Origin: Tubulanus polymorphus
Lineage: Eukaryota > Animalia > Nemertea
DNA length: 64,000 nucleotides
Reading direction: 5' to 3'
Assembly: GCF_964204645.1 (NCBI RefSeq)
Contig: NC_134027.1
Span: 11,006,485 to 11,070,484, forward strand
The notes under the pieces were generated by a model. It was not told the DNA's origin, searched no databases, and saw nothing but the letters and a program-made list of their open reading frames with translations. Below, one piece after another: positions 50,501 to 64,000 of this stretch. Positions within the stretch are counted from its first letter, which is position 1, and each line of letters begins with the position of its first letter. The translations under genes were made by a program, and so were the position numbers.

Positions 50501-52935
50501 ATACAGACCTAGGAAATTGTTGTCTTCGCAAATGCTACTTCTGGGAAAAATATAAATTATATTATATTTTGTGTAGGCGTATAAATATCAGGAGGAGTAT
50601 CAGCTATCGTTGATAGGATTTGCTCGAGCTACCGCGCTTGATCCAGTACGCCCGGAACCTAACGAAAAACGAAATGCTTTGATCGATTATCTCAGTCGAT
50701 TAACCGATCTTATTAATACAAAGGTGAGTTTTACAGGTCGAAGCTTTATCCGTCCATGTTGATTTATATAATCTCGTATTTTGATCTGTTGCGCTATAGG
50801 GTATTATGCAGGTATTGAGATCAATGTGCTAGGGCGGAAAAATTGGAAGGCCGGGGGCCCAGAATAAAAACCAGGGAATTTTCCTGAACAGGGCAACATA
50901 GGCTATTAGCGCTCCTTCGGTGTTAGATATTTTTGAAGAAATAAATCTGGAAATACCCCCCAATTTCTGAGAGGATAAGTGTCAAATTTGCAGGTTTTAA
51001 CGATCATTCTCTTGACGAAAAGGGCAACCTCAATGGAAAGGCAGGGATCCATACCCCCAAGACCATCCACTAAATCTGCCCCTGGTCTCTCTCCTGGAAC
51101 CATACCTTCAGACATTCGCCATTGTAGTTTTAAGTTCGGTATGTGTGAGTTAATTTTCAATTAAAAGTGTCTGTGAAAGGATGGTGATAAAGTGATGAAT
51201 GTCTGTGAAAGGTGGGTCCAGGCTGCCTATTGAAACCGGCATCAGCTGTGGGTGTATTATTGGTATTTTTCACCTCCCTTCGAGTCCAAATTGTTTACCT
51301 CTTTTAAATCGTGACAAATATGCTTAATATTAATTATAGGGTAAACTCAAAGCCAAGAAACTTCAATCATTCGCGAGTTCGATAACTGATAATGACCTCG
51401 GACCGCTTAAAGGAAGTTCGCTGGAGCAAGTTCTCTTCAACAATGTGAAAGAAGAGAAGAATAAGAATTCAGTAATCTGTGGGAAAGTTGTTTGTAGTTT
51501 AACTACCGATGATCCTGTACCTTTGTAAGTGTCTTCAACTTAACCTCTTCATCTTTGCAAAAAGCAGGGGCGGATCTAGAGGCAGACAATGACAGGAGCA
51601 CAGAATTAAAAAAAGGGCAATTCACGAGAAAAGGCACTATCCATGACAGGCGTTTGCGGGGGGTCTCGGGGACCTCCCCCAGAAAATTTTTGAATTTCAA
51701 CCCATTTTAATGCTAAGACACAAAAATGACATTCTGCAACAATTCTTTAAGAAAAAATTTTTTCGCACTTTTTCCAAAAAGTGCACTCAGAATTTGCGAC
51801 AGGAGCACGTGCTCCCGACTAGATCCGCCCTGAAAAGAATATATTTTTCCTTAACAATTAATTTCATATTTTCGTTATTTCAGCACATTTTGTATGATCG
51901 ATAAAAATGAAGAGTGTATCGCGGTGACGGTGTATAACATCGCTGTAGGGTGCGGTGTAAAAATAGGCGATACCGTCACCATACCCGAACCGACGTTACT
52001 CAACCACGCAGTATTACACAATGATAAGGTAAAAACTCTTGAGGTTAAAACCTTAACCCCGGGGGGCCTAGACTCAATTCATTTGCAACTGAATTAACCC
52101 CCGAGTTAAAAGTTAATACCAGTCTATAAAACCAGCCCCTTTTGTTGAAATGGGGGTTTTCTTGGTGGGTCGAGAAACCCTGTCTACGTCAGTATATAGC
52201 GGAACTTCAATTTAGGTGACCTGAAAATCTGTTATAGTTTCATCAGATTGTCTCGGGAGAAAATTCTATGCTCTTGTATTCTCAAAAATTTAGTCCCACA
52301 TCGCATGTGAGGTTCTTCAAAACTTTGGGTTAGTTGAACAGTCATGACTTAGATTTAAGACCGTCTGTCTTCTAAAGCCGATCTAACAACAAAGATCAGT
52401 CTGAAGATTTAAGATAATGATCGTGTGAAACTTGGAACCTGTCCTGAAGATTTTGTAATGCGATGGGTCTCCTCAAATGCCTTCAGTCCTCAATGATGGA
52501 CCCATACCTTCCAAAAATCCTCGATCAACCAGACCCACCAGCCTTTTTCAGCATCTTGGGAATATATCTCTGAGTTAGGCCAAAATAAAATCATACCTTG
52601 TTTCTCCTAATCAGCCAGGTCATTTTGTAAATTGCAATAAGATTATTGGTCAGTTCATTTCTATAACTGCTGCGTCTGTTATTGTAAGCTTGATCGTCAT
52701 TTCAAAAAAAAGTAATGTACAGGGTAGATTAGTGGCTGGGCGGGTCAACTTTTAAACTCAGCGGAAATGTGAAACAATGTATAAATTTTTTAGCCTTATA
52801 TTTTAAAATGTTCAGGAATTCGTATTTCGAAATATTCGCGTGGACAGTCCTGTGAATTTAGTCGTGAACGGACGAAAGCTCGGAACGGAAAAACAAGCGC
52901 CGACATACCTGCAGTGTAGCACCGTCAGCGAATAG
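47568..52935 (+). CDS. TTC5: Tetratricopeptide repeat protein 5 (tubulin autoregulation factor), 10 exons
   Basis: Exons 47568-47633, 47823-47955, 48386-48597, 48826-48964, 49625-49719, 49831-49884, 50577-50723, 51340-51524, 51884-52028, 52816-52935. Motifs [85 protein letters not shown]. Confidence 0.95.
49174..49399. mobile_element. Harbinger-like MITE, two copies in TTC5 introns
   Basis: Homologous to 52576-52798 (CTTGTTTCTCCTAAT...CAGTTCATTTCTATAACTGCTG...TTAGCCTTA); AGGC(C/T)AAAA-type TIR with TTA flanks. Confidence 0.75.
51566..51832. mobile_element. hAT-like MITE (CAGGGGCGGATCTAG TIR)
   Basis: Inverted ends CAGGGGCGGATCTAG / CTAGATCCGCCCTG; GACAGGAGCACGTGCTCCC shared with 24707-24856. 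Confidence 0.7.
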
Positions 52936-53202
52936 ACTGTTACTCTGGAAACATATGTGCTATATGTGATTTATACAGTATACTCCACATTTCTTCGAAA
53001 GAACCCGGAGAAAAGAATCTTCATTTTTCACCGAAAAAAAACAACATTTTTATTCAACGTTTTCGTGTTCAAATCTTGTATAACATCGAAAGAAATAATT
53101 GTATAGAAAAAGATCATTTGTTTTATATTGAAATAAATACGTTATGTTTTTTAAACAACTCTTTCTGAAATTTTTTCTTGAATTTCATCGTTCGGGATCG
53201 TT

Positions 53203-59974
<6,772 letters not shown>

Positions 59975-60324
59975 AGGTTTTTTAAACTAAAAACCGATTC
60001 TAGAAAAATGATACAGAAAAAGATTTGCTAACGTACGTGGGCTAATATTTTAGTGCGATCTTGTCGATTCGGGTACCGTAATCAGAAACGAATTCGTTTC
60101 ATTAGGTCTGGTATTTTCCAAAAAATCTTATGACTTTGATATTCCAGCCTAAAATCATGCGTAAAATAATGAACCACACAGGCTATTGATTATGAGGCTA
60201 ATCAGTTTCACCCACGAAAAAGATAAAATTCGATGTTTACTTAATCGAAAATAGAAATCTTGTTCGCACGCGCTGGCCATGGATGCAGTAGGCCCTATGC
60301 CTATACTACATTTGGTATAAAGCC

Positions 60325-61146
60325 TAAAGCTAAGCATACATCGACAAAGCGACTGGAGACAACTAGTTGCTAGTGAGCGAGTACCCCGCGCACATCGAAA
60401 AATTAGTAAAAACCAGCAACTGCGTGGCTCATGCCGGTCGCTAGGTCCATAGCGCACACATCGACAGCAACTGAGATGTGGTTTAGCAAATATTCTTGAG
60501 GGCATCACAAGTCACGTGACAAATAGCTTTGTTTTATTCAGTTACAACCATGTGTTGTTGATTATGGAGCGCTCACATCGACGGATATGACTGCGATTGA
60601 GTACAACTAGTTGCTCAAAAGTAGAACATGAGCAACTGGGTGGAACTGGAGATAGATGGACGCTAACCAGTCGTAAGCTCGCTCACATCGACAAATTCGG
60701 AGACAACTAGTTGCCGGCAGTCTTCGGCGCATGAGAGCAACTGGCTGGATACAATCAGTTGCTCGAATTTGTCGATGTGAGCTAGCTTACGATTGGTTAG
60801 CGTCCATCTATCTCCAGTTCTACCCAGTTGCTCGTTTTCTACTTTTGAGCAACTAGTTGTACTCAGTTGCTCTCATATCCGTCGATGTGAGCGCTCCATA
60901 ATCAAAAACACATGGTTTTAACTGACTAAAACAAAGCTATTTGTCACGTGACTTGCCATGCCCTCAAGAATATTTGCTAAAACACATCTCAGTTGCTGTG
61001 GATGTGTGCGCTATGGACCTACGTAGCGACTGGCATGAGCCACGCAGTTGCTGGTTTTCATTAAATTTTCGATCTGAGCGGGGTACTCGCTCACTAGCAA
61101 CTAGTTGTCTCCAGTCAGTCGCTTTGTCGATGTATGCTTAGCTTTA
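60325..61146. mobile_element. Foldback/palindromic non-autonomous DNA transposon (Harbinger-like)
   Basis: ~380-bp highly similar inverted arms starting TAAAGCTAAGCATACATCGACAAAGCGACTG, short spacer near 60710-60755, CACATCGAC and CAACTAGTTG subrepeats, TAA/TTA flanks. Confidence 0.9.
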
Positions 61147-62984
61147 AGCCTACATTGGAAATGAAATGAACAAAAAACCTGTTAAGCAAATACTGAGATA
61201 GAAAATTAAGACACAATGACTCATATGCAAATTGATTCAAGACATTTTAAAGACGGAAAAATGTTTTTGAATAATTGTGATGAAAATACAAAGGAGTACT
61301 AAAAAATTGTGGCGGATCAGTATAACTCAATGTAAGATTCCCATTATGAAGAGACTGGTTACATTTAACACGCGGCTTTACAAATGAATTCATATTTCAG
61401 TAAAAATGATGTTTCTAAACAGTAATTTGCAAGATGATTTCTTTCTTTTCTGTTCCAATTCATGCAAAAGTTACGTTTTCCACGAATGGAATTTTAGCCG
61501 CAAATTTATATTTCGCGGGCTGTCATCACAATCCTATCATACAGAACTGCATTTATTATGCCAATCATCTGTTTTGACGACCTTCCCCTTCAGGCTGAAG
61601 AAACGGGTCAGGATAGAGTCACTGTTTTCGCGAGGTATGTTGTCATTTAATTTGTCCAGCGAGCCACGGCTAATCGCTTGCGTGGTTCCATTAGCTTAAA
61701 CGGGCTTCTTAACGACCAACCTACGCTTACAAGTTACGGAAACTAGAAATCTGTGTTTCTCTTTATTAATACTGCACCTATAAAAAATCGAAATTGTACT
61801 CGCCAGGCAAACAGAATAAAGGTAAGTTTCATTACGTCTTTTTCGTTATCAGAGATACTGGGAACTGTCAAGTCGTCCAATTTGGCAGTGTTTAGGTTGG
61901 AAGAGAAGTCAGCTAAACCGGACGGACGCTCGAAAAGTGGCCAGTCTATCTTGACTTACCCAAGGTCATTTGGGATTATTTATTTATGGGATTCGAACCT
62001 GATCTCACAGTCAATCTACTATGTCTTAACGATTTTCTGGCCCTCCGATTATGTCTTCAAATCTAAAACATATTCAATCAGATGTTAACTATCATCAAGA
62101 TTTATTTCAATGTTTTTTTTCAAATATCTATCGCATGTATTGATTGTTTAGACTGAGTTTAACGGATCGAAAATAGACCTGCTTATTTTGATTGAGTTTT
62201 ACCTATATCGATTATTGCTGCGACATATCGGAAAAGTGAGTTTTTAATTTTTTTGTGGTGTTACCTTTTTTTTAACATTTTGTGCGTGAAGAAATAACGA
62301 GTTTATTTACGAACGAGTTTAACCCCAATTTTGTTTTTCTAGTGATTTTTCTGATTAATCTATAAATAGGTTTAGGAGTTACAGAGATTAATTTTAACGA
62401 CAAAAGTCCTTTTGGCTTTTATTCAATTTCAAATACTCATCAATACATCATTTTTCGATGACGTGCCTCTGACCAGCTGACTCCGCCTCTCTCCCTGGTC
62501 CTTGGGTCCTCTCTGCTCGCATTTGGATATTTTCACTAACCACGTAGGCCTATTTGATTTAAAACCTAACCACCAACCATATTATTGCAGCGGCGTGGCA
62601 AACAACAAGGTCACAAAGCCAAAAAAGAGGCCAAATAAAAAAGGTTTTGGCGCATTCAACTCCACACACAACAGGCACCAGCTCAGAGAGACTGTTGTCA
62701 TCTTCACCAAGATCCATTTTCTGGATACTTTTAAATCACTGTGACTTTAAACCACCAGAAATCCAGTTTCACTAAACCGATTGTCCTCGAAGTTTTCTTA
62801 TTATTATATTCCTTCAGAGGTTCCTTCATCAAAGTCCGTGCTTGATGCGATATCAATACAGAAATAGCAAAAATGACACAATTTTTTCACTTTGAAACTA
62901 GGCATTTTAACACTGTAGTTCGTTAGCAACAAGATAACTTGAGCGATGCTATCTCATCGCTAAACAGCGCATCATTTTTATATG

Positions 62985-63385
62985 GAAGTGGATATTTTGC
63001 CAATGCGGCATTATTTTAGTAAACGCTATTTTGCCAATGGCTATATATAATAAGATATAGTAATAATAATATAACAATAACATCATTATATTCGGTTTAG
63101 GGAAAGGGTTTCGTTTAGAGGGTCCAAAGGGTTTAGAGGGTCCAAAGGGTTAGGATAAGGTGAGGCTATATGTAGGGAGAACTTACGGGTGGTGTTGAGT
63201 GAGCCAGGTGGTCTAGGTTTGAATCCCGCTCTATGCTACTATTTTCTTTAACTCTGTTCTCCACACTTTCCTTGATATTTCTAAGTCACGCACCTCAGTG
63301 CGCATGCGTAACGTCAATTAGCCAATCAGAACGCACCATTGGCAAAAAATAGGAATAATGCTGCATTGGCAAAATATCCACTGCC
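62985..63385. mobile_element. Inverted-repeat element (Helentron/HINE-like or MITE)
   Basis: GTGGATATTTTGCCAATGCGGCATTATT / AATAATGCTGCATTGGCAAAATATCCAC ends, internal GGGTT(T)AG repeats, T-rich flanks, and a tRNA-like interior shared with 46750-46940. Confidence 0.65.
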
Positions 63386-64000
63386 TTTTTGTATCTGAAA
63401 TTTAATTGTACTAAATCAGATTTATCAACAAAATGATATGTAAATGAACAAACGTAAGATGTCATAAGGCTAGTGTAGATAGTTTATTTAACAAAATTGG
63501 TTGTTTATTTGCTGAGATATCGCAGTTTGAACACAGACAAAAATGCTGACAGTAGTTGTGTCGGCAAAAGTCATGCTTGAATGAACGTGTCTGGGTGGGT
63601 GGGTACACTGGGATCGTAGAGCGACGTAGATCACTGTGGAGACAGCCACACTGCAGGACTGGTCATCCAGCCCATAATTTATCTAGCAAGTTCCTCTGTA
63701 GCTCAGTGGAATAAGGCGTGATGCTGTTGCATTCACTATCACTGCTGAGTGACAAGTGGGTATGAGTCCTGCTGGCTGAATACTGCTAGTGTGCGGGCAA
63801 CACTTCAAAGGCCTGGTTAATTAAATACAATCGGGTTCAGTCTTGGGGAAACCAAGATCCAAACGATGTACAGCAAAAACAAACATACTTAAAAGTGGAT
63901 GTTTTGCCGTGACGCCATTATTTGAGGCCTATATTATAAGATATAGGCCCTACTAGTAAAATTAACAATAAAATCATTTTATTAGGTAGGCCTATTAGCT

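Noticed and set aside
61700-61830. Possible non-coding first exon of a downstream + strand gene (AAG|GTAAGT at ~61822)
   Set aside because: A lone donor match with no coding exon in the window to support it.

Overview
Eukaryotic (metazoan, probably invertebrate) intron-rich genomic DNA read with the standard code. It holds seven protein-coding genes on strictly alternating strands: beta-tubulin (-, 5' exons only), PSMG4 (+), RPL18A (-), exportin-T/XPOT (+, 24 coding exons), muskelin/MKLN1 (-, 19 exons), TTC5 (+, 10 exons) and a C18orf63-like gene (-, 13 exons). These form three head-to-head promoter pairs. XPOT intron 14 carries a ~6 kb DIRS1-type tyrosine-recombinase retrotransposon with intact termini and ICR but broken ORFs. 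Many MITE/SINE remnants are present. Notable observations: the C18orf63-like gene combines a U12-type intron, two probable GC-AG introns and long (TA)n arrays next to two splice acceptors; two Penelope-type minimal hammerhead ribozyme relics both lie antisense to their hosts; RPL18A intron 1 has a candidate H/ACA snoRNA; MKLN1 has a candidate poison exon; and the TUBB-PSMG4 head-to-head linkage matches the human one. Gene calls come from hand translation and recalled homologous sequences; no searches were run.
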